Assembly: GCA_031414955.1 (NCBI GenBank)
Contig: JANOQV010000105.1
Coordinates: 9,090-73,089 of the forward strand
DNA length: 64,000 nucleotides
Direction of reading: 5' to 3'
From: Pedosphaera sp.
GTDB taxonomy: Bacteria > Verrucomicrobiota > Verrucomicrobiia > Limisphaerales > SIBH01
Shown: positions 27,103-37,679 of the stretch, piece by piece
How positions within the stretch are numbered: the first letter of the stretch is position 1
Layout of the letters: each line of letters opens with the position of its first letter
Notes under the pieces: model-generated
Told to the model about the DNA's origin: nothing
Seen by the model: only the letters and a program-made list of their open reading frames with translations
Database searches by the model: none
Program-made: the position numbers and the translations under genes

Positions 27103-27926
27103 ATGAGAACCATTGTTGAAGCTCCGACACCAGTCGCCCGGAAGCAGATTGTCGCCGACCAGCGTTCGGCGGAGAAACTCCTCGCACCCTTCGATGACCT
27201 GGCGGCCCGTCCGCCGAGCGTCGTGGCGAAGCCGCTGGTCGAGTTCGACAGCCGCGGCCGGAAATACACGGTGCCGCGTTACCTGTGGCTTGGCCCCAAA
27301 GGCGGCGGCGACATCATCCGCATCGGCAGCTTCGCCACCATTCATGGGGATGAACCGGAAGGCGCGCTCGCGCGCTTCCTCGCTGCGCTGGAAAAGGCTC
27401 CTGAACTGGCCGAAGGCTACGCGTTGTTCATCTATCCCATCTGCAATCCCGCGGGGTTCGAGGACAACACGCGCCATTCGCACAGCGGCAAGGATTTGAA
27501 CCGTGAGTTCTGGGCAGAATCGCCGGAACCGGAAGTGCGGGCACTCGAAACCGAAATCTGGACGCACGCATTTCACGGCATCATCACGCTGCACTCGGAC
27601 GACACGAGCCACGGCCTGGATGGCTTCGTGAATGGCGCGGTCCTCTCGGAGCATCTGCTCGAGCCGGCGCTTCAATCGGCGGAGACTTCCCTGCCGCGCA
27701 ACCGGCGCCGCACCATCGACGGCTTCCCCGCGCGGCGCGGGCTGATCTACTCCTGCTACGGCGGCGTGCTGAAGTCGCCGGCGGGCCTGAGCCAGCCGCC
27801 TGCGAGATTACGCTGGAGACCCCGCAGGCCGCACCGCTGCACTTGCAGGTCGGGGCGTGCCAGGCCGCGTTGCAAACCATCCTCACCGAGTACCGTTACC
27901 TGATGGCGGTGGCGCAGAACATTTGA
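27103..27926 (+). pseudogene. M14 / succinylglutamate-desuccinylase-aspartoacylase-like zinc peptidase, apparent frameshift near 27798
   Basis: HGDEPEG (HxxE zinc site), DLNREF and ITLHSD are in the frame of ORF 27061..27903. That frame ends in Arg/Pro-rich nonsense. A different frame from about 27801 reads CEITLETPQAAPLHLQVGACQAALQTILTEYRYLMAVAQNI and stops at 27924..27926; it contains the expected catalytic-Glu TLE motif. Confidence 0.6.
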
Positions 27927-28092
27927 ACAAGATGAACGACCAACGAGGCGCTTCGGTCACACTCTGCCCGCAACGGGGAACGGGAGGCTCGTTCTGGCCT
28001 GCTGGGAACGTCGGCAATGGTCCGGCTCGCTCGTTGTTCTGCGGGAGAAAAAGTTTCTCTGTCCCACACGGTTCTGATTCGATAGCTCGCCC

Positions 28093-28917
28093 ATGCTGAA
28101 CAGAAAATTCAACGCGCTGCCCGGCTTCGGCCTCACCATGGGTTTCACGCTGTTCTATCTCAGCGTGATTGTGCTCATCCCGATGGCGGCGCTGCTCCTC
28201 AAGACCTTCCAGCTTTCGTGGGCGGACTTCTGGGGCGTGGTGACGACGGAGCGCGCGCTGGCCGCGTATCGCCTGACCTTTGGGGCGTCGCTCATCGCGG
28301 CGCTGATCAACGCGGTGTTCGGCACCATCCTGGCCTGGGTGCTGGTGCGTTACCATTTTCCCGGCCGCAAATTCATCGATGCCCTGGTGGACTTCCCCTT
28401 CGCCCTGCCGACGGCGGTGGCCGGATTAACCCTCGCCAGCCTTTTCGCCGGCAACGGCTGGCTTGGGCAATACCTCGTGCCGCTCGGCATCGAGGGTGCG
28501 TACACGCAACTGGGCATTGTCATTGCGCTCACTTTCGTCGGCATGCCGTTCTCGGTGCGCACGCTGCAGCCCGTGCTGGAGAATCTGGATCGCGGCCTGG
28601 AGGAAGCCGCCGCCACGCTCGGCGCGGGACGGATGCGCACCTTCCTGCAAGTGATTGGTCCGAGTCTCGCGCCGACCATCATCACGGGCTTCGCGCTGTC
28701 CTTCGCGCGGGCCGTCGGCGAATACGGCTCCATCGTCTTCATCTCCGGGAACATTCAGTACAAAACCCAGATTGCGCCCATGCTGATTTTTGAGCACCTG
28801 GAAAACTACGATTACCTCAGCGCCACCGCCGTGGCCGCAGTCTTGATGGTCATCTCCTTCGTGATCCTCATCGTGGTCAACTACCTTGAGGCCTGGGCGG
28901 GACGCCTCACCAAATAA
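28093..28917 (+). CDS. cysT: Sulfate ABC transporter permease CysT
   Basis: 274 aa, multi-TM. EAA-loop LEEAAATLGAGRMRTF. Position after sbp. Confidence 0.9.
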   Translation: MLNRKFNALPGFGLTMGFTLFYLSVIVLIPMAALLLKTFQLSWADFWGVVTTERALAAYRLTFGASLIAALINAVFGTILAWVLVRYHFPGRKFIDALVDFPFALPTAVAGLTLASLFAGNGWLGQYLVPLGIEGAYTQLGIVIALTFVGMPFSVRTLQPVLENLDRGLEEAAATLGAGRMRTFLQVIGPSLAPTIITGFALSFARAVGEYGSIVFISGNIQYKTQIAPMLIFEHLENYDYLSATAVAAVLMVISFVILIVVNYLEAWAGRLTK

Positions 28918-28918
28918 C

Positions 28919-29833
28919 ATGGCTGGCTACGCAAAACGCGGAAAGGGAGCAACGAGCGCATCCAGGCGCGGCACGGAAGAATCGCCGTTCGTGAAGTGGC
29001 TGCTCATCGGCGTGGCGCTCACCTTCTCGCTCGTCTTCCTGTTGCTGCCGCTGGTGAACGTCTTTGCGCAAGCCTTCAGCAAAGGGCTGGGCGCGTATTT
29101 CCACGCGCTGGCCGATCCCGACTCGTGGGCGGCCATGAAGCTGACGCTCCTCGTCGCGGCCATCACCGTGCCGTGCAACGTCCTCTTTGGTTTCGCCTCG
29201 GCCTGGGCCATCGCCAAGTTCGAGTTTCGCGGCAAGTCACTGCTCACCACGCTCATCGATCTGCCATTCTCCGTGTCACCCGTGGTGGCAGGTCTCATGT
29301 ATGTGCTCCTGTTCGGCATGCAGGGCTACTTTGGCGAGTGGTTGAACGAGCGCGACTTCAGAATTATTTTTGCCCTGCCCGGCATCGTGCTCGTCACCAT
29401 CTTCATCACCTTCCCGTTCGTCGCCCGCGAGTTGATCCCGGTCATGCAGGCCGCCGGCACCGCGCAGGAACAGGCCGCGCTCACCTTGGGCGCGGGCGGG
29501 TTCAGGACGTTCTGGCATGTCACCCTGCCCTCGGTGAAATGGGGGATGGTTTACGGCATCATCCTCTGCAACGCCCGGGCCATGGGCGAATTCGGCGCGG
29601 TCTCCGTGGTGAGCGGCAACATCGCCGGGATGAGTGAAACGATGCCGTTGCAGGTCGAGCGGCTTTACAAGGAATTCAACGCCGTGGGCGCTTTCGCCGT
29701 GGCCAGCCTGCTGGCGCTGCTCGCCCTCGTCACGCTGGGGATCAAGACCTGGCTCGAGTACCGCGCGCAAAAGGAAGAGGAAGCCGCGCAGCACGCCATC
29801 GACGTGCCGACGACGAAAAGTCATTTTTCATGA
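28919..29833 (+). CDS. cysW: Sulfate ABC transporter permease CysW
   Basis: ATG at 28919 within ORF 28886..29833. EAA-loop QEQAALTLGAGGFRTF. Overlaps the cysA start by 4 nt. Confidence 0.9.
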   Translation: MAGYAKRGKGATSASRRGTEESPFVKWLLIGVALTFSLVFLLLPLVNVFAQAFSKGLGAYFHALADPDSWAAMKLTLLVAAITVPCNVLFGFASAWAIAKFEFRGKSLLTTLIDLPFSVSPVVAGLMYVLLFGMQGYFGEWLNERDFRIIFALPGIVLVTIFITFPFVARELIPVMQAAGTAQEQAALTLGAGGFRTFWHVTLPSVKWGMVYGIILCNARAMGEFGAVSVVSGNIAGMSETMPLQVERLYKEFNAVGAFAVASLLALLALVTLGIKTWLEYRAQKEEEAAQHAIDVPTTKSHFS

Positions 29834-30933
29834 GCATCGAAGTCAGAAACGTCAGCAAGCGCTTTGGCGGCGTCGCCGCCGTCAGCAACGTGAGTTTCTC
29901 GGTCAAGGACGGCGAGTTGATCGCCCTCCTCGGGCCGAGCGGCGGCGGCAAAACCACCGTGCTGCGCATGATCGCCGGGCTGGAACAGCCGACCGAGGGC
30001 GACATTTACATTCGAGGCAAGCGCGTCAACGACGTGAAGGTGCAGAAGCGCAACATCGGTTTCGTGTTTCAGAACTACGCGCTCTTCGGCACCATGAACG
30101 TGTTCAAGAACATCGCCTTCGGCCTGAAGATCAAGAAATGGAAGCAGCCGGAGATCGAAGCGCGCGTGGCCGAGTTGCTGGAGCTGCTCGAGCTGAAGGG
30201 ATATGAAAAGCGCCTGCCGCACCAACTCTCCGGTGGCCAGCGCCAGCGGGTGGCCATCGCCCGCGCGCTCGCGCCCAAACCGGATGTTCTGTTGCTTGAT
30301 GAGCCGTTCGGCGCGGTGGACGCGAAGATCCGCCAGGAACTCCGCGAGTGGCTCGTGCATCTGCATCACGACCTGAACGTGACGACGCTCTTTGTCACTC
30401 ACGATCAGGAGGAAGCGTTGGAGGTTTCCGACCGCATCGTCATCTTCTCCCAGGGCAACCTCGAACAGATCGGCACCCCGCGCGAAGTCTACGAGCAGCC
30501 GAACAACGAGTTCGTGGCCCGCTTCATCGGCGTGATGAACGTGATCGAGTGCGAGGTGCGAGGCGGCGTGGCACGGCTCAACGAACTGGAGTTCCCCTCG
30601 CACGGCGTGGCCGACGGGCAGAAGCTGCGCCTCGGGTTCCGGCCCTATTCCGTGCAGGTTTCCACGGACCTGACGGCGCATCGCTACCAGGGCGTGCTGC
30701 GCCGCACCTATTTTCTCGGCATCCTGCTCCGCATCGAGGTGGAACTGCCCAGCGGCCTGCTCGTGCGCTCGCGCCTGACCAAGGAGGAATATGCACGATT
30801 CGGCCTGCGCGACGGCGTCCCCGTCTCGTTCCAAATCCGTCAGTACCGAGTGCTGGGCACGGACGCGGACTCTCTCACCTCGGAAGTTTCGGTCACGCAC
30901 GACATGCCCACCAGCCTGGGCGAGGGCATTTGA
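29830..30933 (+). CDS. cysA: Sulfate ABC transporter ATP-binding protein CysA
   Basis: GPSGGGKTT Walker A, LSGGQRQRVAIARAL, LLLDEPFGAVD. C-terminal regulatory domain typical of CysA. Confidence 0.9.
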   Translation: MSIEVRNVSKRFGGVAAVSNVSFSVKDGELIALLGPSGGGKTTVLRMIAGLEQPTEGDIYIRGKRVNDVKVQKRNIGFVFQNYALFGTMNVFKNIAFGLKIKKWKQPEIEARVAELLELLELKGYEKRLPHQLSGGQRQRVAIARALAPKPDVLLLDEPFGAVDAKIRQELREWLVHLHHDLNVTTLFVTHDQEEALEVSDRIVIFSQGNLEQIGTPREVYEQPNNEFVARFIGVMNVIECEVRGGVARLNELEFPSHGVADGQKLRLGFRPYSVQVSTDLTAHRYQGVLRRTYFLGILLRIEVELPSGLLVRSRLTKEEYARFGLRDGVPVSFQIRQYRVLGTDADSLTSEVSVTHDMPTSLGEGI

Positions 30934-31107
30934 AGCGGCCAGGCCCAGACGCCTGGGCCAAAGGGACTGGAGCGCCCGCATGATGAGGATCACAGGATCC
31001 AGATCCATCTCTCCTGCCCCAGCCTGGCCGCTTTCCCATCGTTTGAACTTTTTCTAAACAAACCGCCCGGTTGCTCCGTCCATTCCCGGCAACAAACAAC
31101 TCGGCTT

Positions 31108-32442
31108 ATGACAAACACTGGACCATTTGTTTCGACCCGCCGGGCCATGTCGCGCCGCACCTTCCTGCGCGGCGCTGGTATCGCCCTCTCGCTGCCACTG
31201 CTCGACTCGATGGTGCCGGCCTTTGCGGCTGTCACCCGGAAGTCCGCCACCGCCAGGCCCGGCGGCACGCCGCGCCGCGTGCTGGGCATTTGCAACAATC
31301 TTGGCCTGTTGCCCGACAACTTTTTCCCCAAGCAGGACGGGCGCGACTATCCGCTCTCGCCTTACCTGGAGGTGCTCAAGGATCATCGCCAGGACTTCAC
31401 CGTCTTCAGCGGAGTGTCACATCCCGAGGTCGATGGCGGGCATCCCGCCGATAATTGCTTTCTCACCGCGGCGCCCCATCCGGGCAGCGCGGGGTTCAAG
31501 AACACCATCTCGCTCGACCAGTACATCAGCGAACGCCTCGGGCACCTGACGCGCTTTCCGTCCCTCACGCTCGGAGTCAATGTGCAGCAGGGATCGCGCA
31601 GTCTGTCCTGGACCGGATCGGGCGTGCTGATTCCCTGCGAGGAAAAGGCGGCGGATGTTTTCGCCCGGATGTTTTTGCAGGGCACCAGAGCGGAGACGGA
31701 GGCGCAGGTGCGCAAGCTGGAGACGGGGCAAAGCATTCTCGATGCGGTGGCCGGACAGGCGAAGGATTTGCAGCGCCACGCCGGAGCGCGTGACCGCGAC
31801 CGCCTTGATCAATACTTCACCAGCGTCCGCGATCTGGAGCAGCGGCTGAAGATGTCGCGCGAATGGGAACGGCAGCCCAAGCCGAAGACGACCGCCTCCG
31901 TCCCGCTCGATCCGGCCAGCCCCAAGGCCTACATGGAAAAGGTCAAACTGATGTACGACATGGCCCGCCTGGCCTTCGAGACGGATTCCACCCGCGCCAT
32001 CTCGCTCCTGCTCGACAGCGTGAACTCACCCGCCATCGACGTGGACGACGTGAAGATCACCGACGGCTATCACAACCTCTCGCACCACGGACGATCGAAG
32101 GAGAAACTGGCGCAGTTGAAAGCCATCGACGAATGGCACATGAAGCTGCTGGCGAACCTGTTCACCGAGCTCAAAGCCGTGCGCGAGGACGGCTCCACCC
32201 TGCTCGACCAGACCATGATTCTCTACGGCTCGAACCTCGGCAACGCCAACACCCATGTGACCACAAATCTGCCGACGCTCTTTGCCGGCGGCGGCTTCCG
32301 GCATGGCCAGCATCTGGCCTTCGACACGGAGCGGAATTACCCGCTGCCCAACCTCTTCGTCTCCATGCTGCAACGCTTGGGATTGGAGACGGAGAAATTT
32401 GCCTCGGCCACGGGCACGATGCGCGGACTGGAGCTGGCCTAA
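31108..32442 (+). CDS. DUF1552-domain protein with twin-arginine signal
   Basis: [21 protein letters not shown] Tat-like leader. The body ([31 protein letters not shown]) is typical of PVC DUF1552 proteins. No DUF1592-type partner lies next to it in this window. Confidence 0.8.
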   Translation: MTNTGPFVSTRRAMSRRTFLRGAGIALSLPLLDSMVPAFAAVTRKSATARPGGTPRRVLGICNNLGLLPDNFFPKQDGRDYPLSPYLEVLKDHRQDFTVFSGVSHPEVDGGHPADNCFLTAAPHPGSAGFKNTISLDQYISERLGHLTRFPSLTLGVNVQQGSRSLSWTGSGVLIPCEEKAADVFARMFLQGTRAETEAQVRKLETGQSILDAVAGQAKDLQRHAGARDRDRLDQYFTSVRDLEQRLKMSREWERQPKPKTTASVPLDPASPKAYMEKVKLMYDMARLAFETDSTRAISLLLDSVNSPAIDVDDVKITDGYHNLSHHGRSKEKLAQLKAIDEWHMKLLANLFTELKAVREDGSTLLDQTMILYGSNLGNANTHVTTNLPTLFAGGGFRHGQHLAFDTERNYPLPNLFVSMLQRLGLETEKFASATGTMRGLELA

Positions 32443-32451
32443 GTTGCGCGA

Positions 32452-32949
32452 CTAGAAGACCACTTGGCCGAGAATTTGGTCGAGGCGGACTTTGACCAGC
32501 ACCGAGACCGCGCGGTTGTCACCCATCACGTAATAGGTCTCGAATCCCAGCACCACGGCCTCAATTGGCCAGGGAACTTGCGTCTCGACATACTTCTCCT
32601 CCAGGCGCGCGCCATTGATGTGGACGAGGCCGTTGGTGAAGCTGATTTCCTCGCCGGGCAGCCCGATGATGCGCTTGATGTAGATATTCTCGCTCGACAC
32701 CTGCACCCCTACCACGTCGCCGCGCTGCGGGGGATCGGCACGGTAGGCGAACTTATTGATGAAATGGCGTTCACCGGCGTGGTAGTTCGGCTCCATGCTG
32801 TCGCCGAGTATGCTCACCGGCCACAGCACCCAGCGGAGGATCGCGTAAATCACGAAGGCGACCAGCATGGCGGTGAAGAGCACCTTGAAGCGGAGCACTC
32901 CGAGCCGGCCCGCCTTTTCGCCGGGGATGATGAATTTCGTCCAGTCCAC
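32452..32949 (-). CDS. lepB: Signal peptidase I
   Basis: GDSMEPNY (catalytic Ser), RGDVV, IKRIIGLPGE, YYVMGDNR boxes. The maximal ORF reaches 33138, but its first 63 aa are Arg/Cys-rich and not protein-like. The in-frame GTG at 32949 precedes the single TM. Confidence 0.8.
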   Translation of the reverse strand: MDWTKFIIPGEKAGRLGVLRFKVLFTAMLVAFVIYAILRWVLWPVSILGDSMEPNYHAGERHFINKFAYRADPPQRGDVVGVQVSSENIYIKRIIGLPGEEISFTNGLVHINGARLEEKYVETQVPWPIEAVVLGFETYYVMGDNRAVSVLVKVRLDQILGQVVF

Positions 32950-33305
32950 AAATTCAATTGTCTGCCCTGGACAGTCATCGGCGGTACGACGGCGGCACTG
33001 AATCCGATCGTTGAAATGGAGTTGTGCCTGGACACAACTCAACGCGCCTGGAGGCCGACGGGAAGGAACGGCTCTGAGTTGGAACGTCCGCAGTTGGGTC
33101 CGGCAGAAACCGTTCCAGCCGCGGCTGAGTTCATCCATGATTCTCTGTCTCCAGCGGTGGCTCTCCCCTTCCGACCTCTAGCCTTGGACTGAACTACACC
33201 CTACCTTCCCTCCTGCGCTTGCGACGGGCGCGTTCCCACTCACGCGCTGGTCCTCGCCCCCTGCACAGTGGTTGCCATGGGGCCGATCAAACGCTTCACT
33301 GGCTC

Positions 33306-34118
33306 ATGGCCTGGTCGAAAAAAAGAATCGCACTCGTCGCACTCCTGATCGTATGCGCTGCGAACAGCCTGTTGCTCGTGGCCATCCTCCTGGGGCAGCG
33401 TTGGCTGGCCCGCCCGCTCTTTCCCGCCGGAGCCGCGCGCTCCCTCATCGCCTACGAACCGTTCGACTATCCGTCCGACACCCTCCTCGAGGGCCAGGGC
33501 GGCGGGCATGGTTTTGCCGGCCCGTGGGAACCAGGTGGTTTCAACGTCGCCCGATCCGACGTCATCCAGATCAACCCCGGTGCGCTCACCTTCTCCAACC
33601 TCGCGACCACGGGCGCGAATCATCTCCGCATCGACGCGCCGCCGGAAGGCGATGCCTCCATCTGCGGACTGGCCCGACGGCTTGGCTCCGACCTCGCTGC
33701 GGCCGGGGGCACGTATTATCTCAGCTTCCTCTACCGTCCCCTGGGCGAAGGCGGGTATGGCACCCTCGTGCTCGGAACGGGCCAGGGACGCGAGCTTTCG
33801 ATGGGCAAATCCAGTTCCGGAGCTCAGTTTCACCTCTCGCAACGGGGCGGGACGGGGCGGGTCTTTTCCGATCAGGAAGTCATCGTGGGGCAGACGGTGT
33901 TCCTCGTGGTCAAGCTCGAGTTCCGCGACGGCCCGGACCGTTTCACCCTTCAGGTAAACCCTGCCCCCGGCCAACCCGAGCCGGCCGGCGGCTTCGTGAA
34001 AGAAGACCTCGATCTCACCGCCGCCAGCCACCTGATGATCTATTCGCGCGCCGCCTGGAGCCTGGATGAACTCCGCCTCGGCACCTCTTGGGCCGCAGTG
34101 ACTCCAGCACGCCATTAA
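33306..34118 (+). CDS. Membrane-anchored hypothetical protein (possible LamG/concanavalin-like beta-sandwich)
   Basis: ATG at 33306 within ORF 33219..34118. N-terminal TM (IALVALLIVCAANSLLLVAILL). The rest is beta-rich and ends LDELRLGTSW. No recognised motif. Confidence 0.55.
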   Translation: MAWSKKRIALVALLIVCAANSLLLVAILLGQRWLARPLFPAGAARSLIAYEPFDYPSDTLLEGQGGGHGFAGPWEPGGFNVARSDVIQINPGALTFSNLATTGANHLRIDAPPEGDASICGLARRLGSDLAAAGGTYYLSFLYRPLGEGGYGTLVLGTGQGRELSMGKSSSGAQFHLSQRGGTGRVFSDQEVIVGQTVFLVVKLEFRDGPDRFTLQVNPAPGQPEPAGGFVKEDLDLTAASHLMIYSRAAWSLDELRLGTSWAAVTPARH

Positions 34119-34242
34119 CCTGGAGCCGGGAAGATCAGAGTCCAAGTCCGCTCGTCCGGTGTTGGGGAAAGATTCGCGACGTAGTATTGAGCCGTAGTTC
34201 TAAAAGCCTGTCTGAAAAATCGTTTGGGCGGCGCAGGCCACT

Positions 34243-34362
34243 GGCCCCGGAGTGCGCCCGTCCCCGGGCGCAGCCACTTGGCCAAGGCGGACGGTGTGGA
34301 TTTTTCCAACGCGCTCGGCGTCATCACCTGGCTGCGCCCGAGGACGGGCGCACTCCGGGGCC
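34243..34362. repeat. 33-nt near-perfect inverted repeat (each arm itself palindromic)
   Basis: GGCCCCGGAGTGCGCCCGTCCCCGGGCGCAGCC (34243..34275) against GGCTGCGCCCGAGGACGGGCGCACTCCGGGGCC (34330..34362). 1 mismatch, 54-nt spacer. Confidence 0.7.
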
Positions 34363-34591
34363 GAATTTTCAGACCGGCTCTCTGACTGAATTCAGACTTC
34401 TGCCCCCGATCCACTTCGATGTTCGCTGGGGTATAGAACTCAAACCTTGGCTTCACATGCTTGTTCCGCGTAACAGAAACTTCCCTTGTCCGACACATTT
34501 TCGTAACCTTTCACCGAACCCAAACATTCCAGAAGCCGTGCTCTGACTCTCAGCGCACTCTCTTTTGGAGCAGTGCAAAAACTCGAAAGCT

Positions 34592-36907
34592 ATGAAAACG
34601 TCCATGCATCCCTTGGGATGGAGCCGAACGCGGCCATCCTTTTCCCCTCGCAAAATCACCGCCACACTGCTCGCCGTATTGGCGCTCGGCGCGGCTTCCT
34701 TAACGGCCCGTGCGGCCAACATCCTGTGGGTCAGCGACGCGCCTCCAGGCACCGCGAACAACAGCGTGTTCTCCGGGCCAGGCACAAGTTTCACCGATCA
34801 GGGCTTTGTGAAACTGCTCCAGGACGCCGGGCACAACGTCAACCGCATGAACACCCCGGACAGCGGAGCGACCAACATCACGGTCGCGGAACTCGCGGCC
34901 ATGAACACCAATGACCTGATCATCGTGGGCCGCGCCGCGGGCAGCGCCGGGTGGCAAAACAACCAGGCCACGAACTGGAATCGCGATGTGACCCGGCCGG
35001 TCGTCATCATGAGTCCCTATCTGGTGCGCACCGACGGCAATCGCGTCGGCTGGTTTGGCGGCGGCAATGGCGTCCTGCCCGACTCCACCCCTGCGCCTTT
35101 GACTCCTGGCCTGTCCGGCCATCCGGTGATTGATTATATCTTCCAGGATGTCCCGACCAGCGGGACCAACACGACCGAGCTTTTCGAGGAACCGATGGAC
35201 CGCAACACCAGCCTGATTGCGAATCCTCCGGTCGCCGGGGCTTTGGTCATCGCCACGGCCACGTTCGCCCGCGAGGACAATCTGGCCATCATCACCAATG
35301 CCAACGTCATCGTCGGTTTCCCGGCCGGGACAGTGGTGCGAGGCGGTTTTGATGTCCTCCCGGCCTACCGGATGTTTTGGGGCGGCGGCACGCGCGAATC
35401 GGCCACGGCCCTCAACGTCATTCCGCTCTACACCGGCCGCGAGAATCTCACGCCCACGGGCGAAAGGGTTTTCCTGCGCTCGATCGAGATCGCCTTGAAC
35501 AGCGGCGTGGCCCCCACCACCAACGATGGCCCGGCGGGGATTTCCAGCCAACCGGCCAACGTCACGGTGCCGCAGGACACCGCGACCGCCTTCTCCGTGA
35601 CTGCGACCGGCGCGACTCCGCGGCTCGTTTTCTGGCAGCGCGGCGATGGCGTGGGCGGTTTCACGAACATTCCCAACACGGAGAGCGTGCTGACCAAATC
35701 CACGTTAAAGATTCCTGTAGCCGGGCTGACGGACAGTGGCGCGCAGTTTCAAGCCGTGGTTTCCAACTCCCTGATCATGGCGACCAGCGACGTGGTGACA
35801 CTGACGGTGACCGCCGACACGGATGCGCCCCTGGTGCTGGGCGCGGCCAGCCTGGACGGCCTGAACATCGTGGTCTGTTACAATGAACTGGTGCAGCCGG
35901 GCACCGCCGGCGACGCCGGCAATTACCAGATCAACGGCGGCCTGGGACCGGATGTGTCCCTAGCCACCATGCGCCCCGACGGACGCTCGGTGAATCTGCT
36001 CCTGCTTAGCCCCATGGGCAGCACGGCCACGGTGGACGTGCTGGCGCGGAGCGACAACAACGGCAACTTCTCCGCCGATCCGGTGACCCTGACGGCCACG
36101 AATTACGGGCTGACCGGCGTCGATGTCGGGGTGCTCAATCCCGTGGGCGCGAACGTGGCCTGCGACGCGAACAGCTTCAGCGTGACCGGCGGCGGTCTGG
36201 ACATGGCCAGCACGGCGGACTTCCTTCGCTTCGTGTACAAGAACATCACCGGTCCCTTCGACGCGCGGGTGCGGGTCGTCTCGTTCGTGGGCACCAACGA
36301 CCACTTCGAGACCACGGCCAAGGCGGCGCTCACCGCGCGTGAAACCACGGCCAACAACTCCACGGCGGTGAACATTTTTATCACGCCAGCCGCTCCGGGA
36401 GACAACAACATCGTCTCAAACTTCCGCGGCGCGATCGCCGCCGTTACGAACTCGCTGGGCGCGAGCGTCCCGCGCACGACCTCGAACACCTGGTTGCGCA
36501 TCCGCCGCGTGGGCAGCGCCTTCACCACCTACCACAGCACCAACGGCACGGACTGGGTGACCTACGGCACGGCCACGACGGTGTTCGGTCCCACCATGAG
36601 CGTCGGCGTCGGCGTGGTCTCGCACCGTAACGGCAAGGTCGTCACCGGCACTTTCAGCGATTTCACCATCGTACCGGTGCTGCTCCCGACCATGCTGACC
36701 AACTCGGTGCCGGGCGTCGGCACCTTCACCTCGTCCTTCCAGACGCAGAATGGATTCAGCTACACGGTGGAATACAAGGATGACCTGAACCTGGTCCCGT
36801 GGACTTGGCTGGAAACCATCCCCGGCGACGGCACGCTCAAGACCTTCACCGATCTCGGCCCGGCTTCGCTGACCGGCACGCGCGTGTATCGGGTCAACGC
36901 GCAATAA
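34592..36907 (+). CDS. Large secreted protein with Ig-like domain and beta-sandwich modules
   Basis: ATG at 34592 within ORF 34565..36907. Signal peptide ATLLAVLALGAASLTARA. Ig-like segment ISSQPANVTVPQDTATAFSVTATG..LTDSGAQFQAVVSN. Thr/Asn/Gly-rich beta modules. Confidence 0.7.
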   Translation: MKTSMHPLGWSRTRPSFSPRKITATLLAVLALGAASLTARAANILWVSDAPPGTANNSVFSGPGTSFTDQGFVKLLQDAGHNVNRMNTPDSGATNITVAELAAMNTNDLIIVGRAAGSAGWQNNQATNWNRDVTRPVVIMSPYLVRTDGNRVGWFGGGNGVLPDSTPAPLTPGLSGHPVIDYIFQDVPTSGTNTTELFEEPMDRNTSLIANPPVAGALVIATATFAREDNLAIITNANVIVGFPAGTVVRGGFDVLPAYRMFWGGGTRESATALNVIPLYTGRENLTPTGERVFLRSIEIALNSGVAPTTNDGPAGISSQPANVTVPQDTATAFSVTATGATPRLVFWQRGDGVGGFTNIPNTESVLTKSTLKIPVAGLTDSGAQFQAVVSNSLIMATSDVVTLTVTADTDAPLVLGAASLDGLNIVVCYNELVQPGTAGDAGNYQINGGLGPDVSLATMRPDGRSVNLLLLSPMGSTATVDVLARSDNNGNFSADPVTLTATNYGLTGVDVGVLNPVGANVACDANSFSVTGGGLDMASTADFLRFVYKNITGPFDARVRVVSFVGTNDHFETTAKAALTARETTANNSTAVNIFITPAAPGDNNIVSNFRGAIAAVTNSLGASVPRTTSNTWLRIRRVGSAFTTYHSTNGTDWVTYGTATTVFGPTMSVGVGVVSHRNGKVVTGTFSDFTIVPVLLPTMLTNSVPGVGTFTSSFQTQNGFSYTVEYKDDLNLVPWTWLETIPGDGTLKTFTDLGPASLTGTRVYRVNAQ

Positions 36908-36941
36908 GCTAGCCAACCCAGTTGGGACCAACCACTTCGTC

Positions 36942-36975
36942 ACGCCGCGCCCCTCGGGGCGCGGCGTTTTGCTTT
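36942..36975 (+). terminator. Rho-independent terminator
   Basis: ACGCCGCGCC..GGCGCGGCGT hairpin followed by TTTTGCTTT. Confidence 0.65.
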
Positions 36976-37071
36976 CCAGACCGAGGCGGGCCATTGGTTC
37001 CTGATGGCCCCGCAATTCCCCTACGCCGAGACCGGGGTTGCAGCGCGGCGGTCTTTCGCTAACCTGCGCGC

Positions 37072-37677
37072 GTGCCGGGCCAGCAAATTTTTCATCTTCG
37101 CCGCGTGTTCCTAACCGCGTTTCTCGGCGTCATTCTCCTGGCCTTTCCAAAACTTCAAGCCACCAGCGTGCGCGCTCCGGGCTTCCACGCGCTGGTGGAT
37201 CGCGCCGAACTTATCTTCACCGGCCAGATGCTCTCGCAGCACTGCGAGTGGCGCGTCCTCGAAGGGCGGCGCAGCATCGTCACGCTGGTGTCGTTCGGCG
37301 TGGAAAGGTGGCACAAGGGTGTGTCCCCGGCGGTGGTCACGTTGCAATTCCTCGGCGGCACGATGGGCGAGATCACTTTGAGTGTGTCGGAGATGCCAAG
37401 GTTCAAGACCGGCGAACGCACCGTGCTCTTCGTCGAAGGCAACGGGGTGACGGCCTGCCCGGTGATTGGGTTTTATCACGGACGCTTCTCGCTGAAGCGC
37501 GATGACTCAGGCCGCGAGATCGTGCTCAAGCACGATGGTGAACCGCTGACCGAAACCAGCGGCGCGGGCCAGGACAAGGCGGTGAAGCAAGCACCGTCCG
37601 CGCCCCGCCCGGCCCTGTCACACGACGAATTTTCCACCGTGGTCCGTGCCCGCGTCGCCGCCGCGCCTCGCCCTTGA
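37072..37677 (+). CDS. Secreted hypothetical protein
   Basis: 201 aa, GTG start, signal peptide LTAFLGVILLAFPKLQA. Its stop lies 2 nt before the ATG of the matrixin gene. No recognised domain. Confidence 0.55.
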   Translation: MPGQQIFHLRRVFLTAFLGVILLAFPKLQATSVRAPGFHALVDRAELIFTGQMLSQHCEWRVLEGRRSIVTLVSFGVERWHKGVSPAVVTLQFLGGTMGEITLSVSEMPRFKTGERTVLFVEGNGVTACPVIGFYHGRFSLKRDDSGREIVLKHDGEPLTETSGAGQDKAVKQAPSAPRPALSHDEFSTVVRARVAAAPRP

Positions 37678-37679
37678 CC

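Noticed and set aside
27857-28099. 80-aa ORF between the peptidase pseudogene and cysT
   Set aside because: It overlaps the restored peptidase C-terminus and the cysT start. It has an Arg/Gly-rich translation and no signal or motif.
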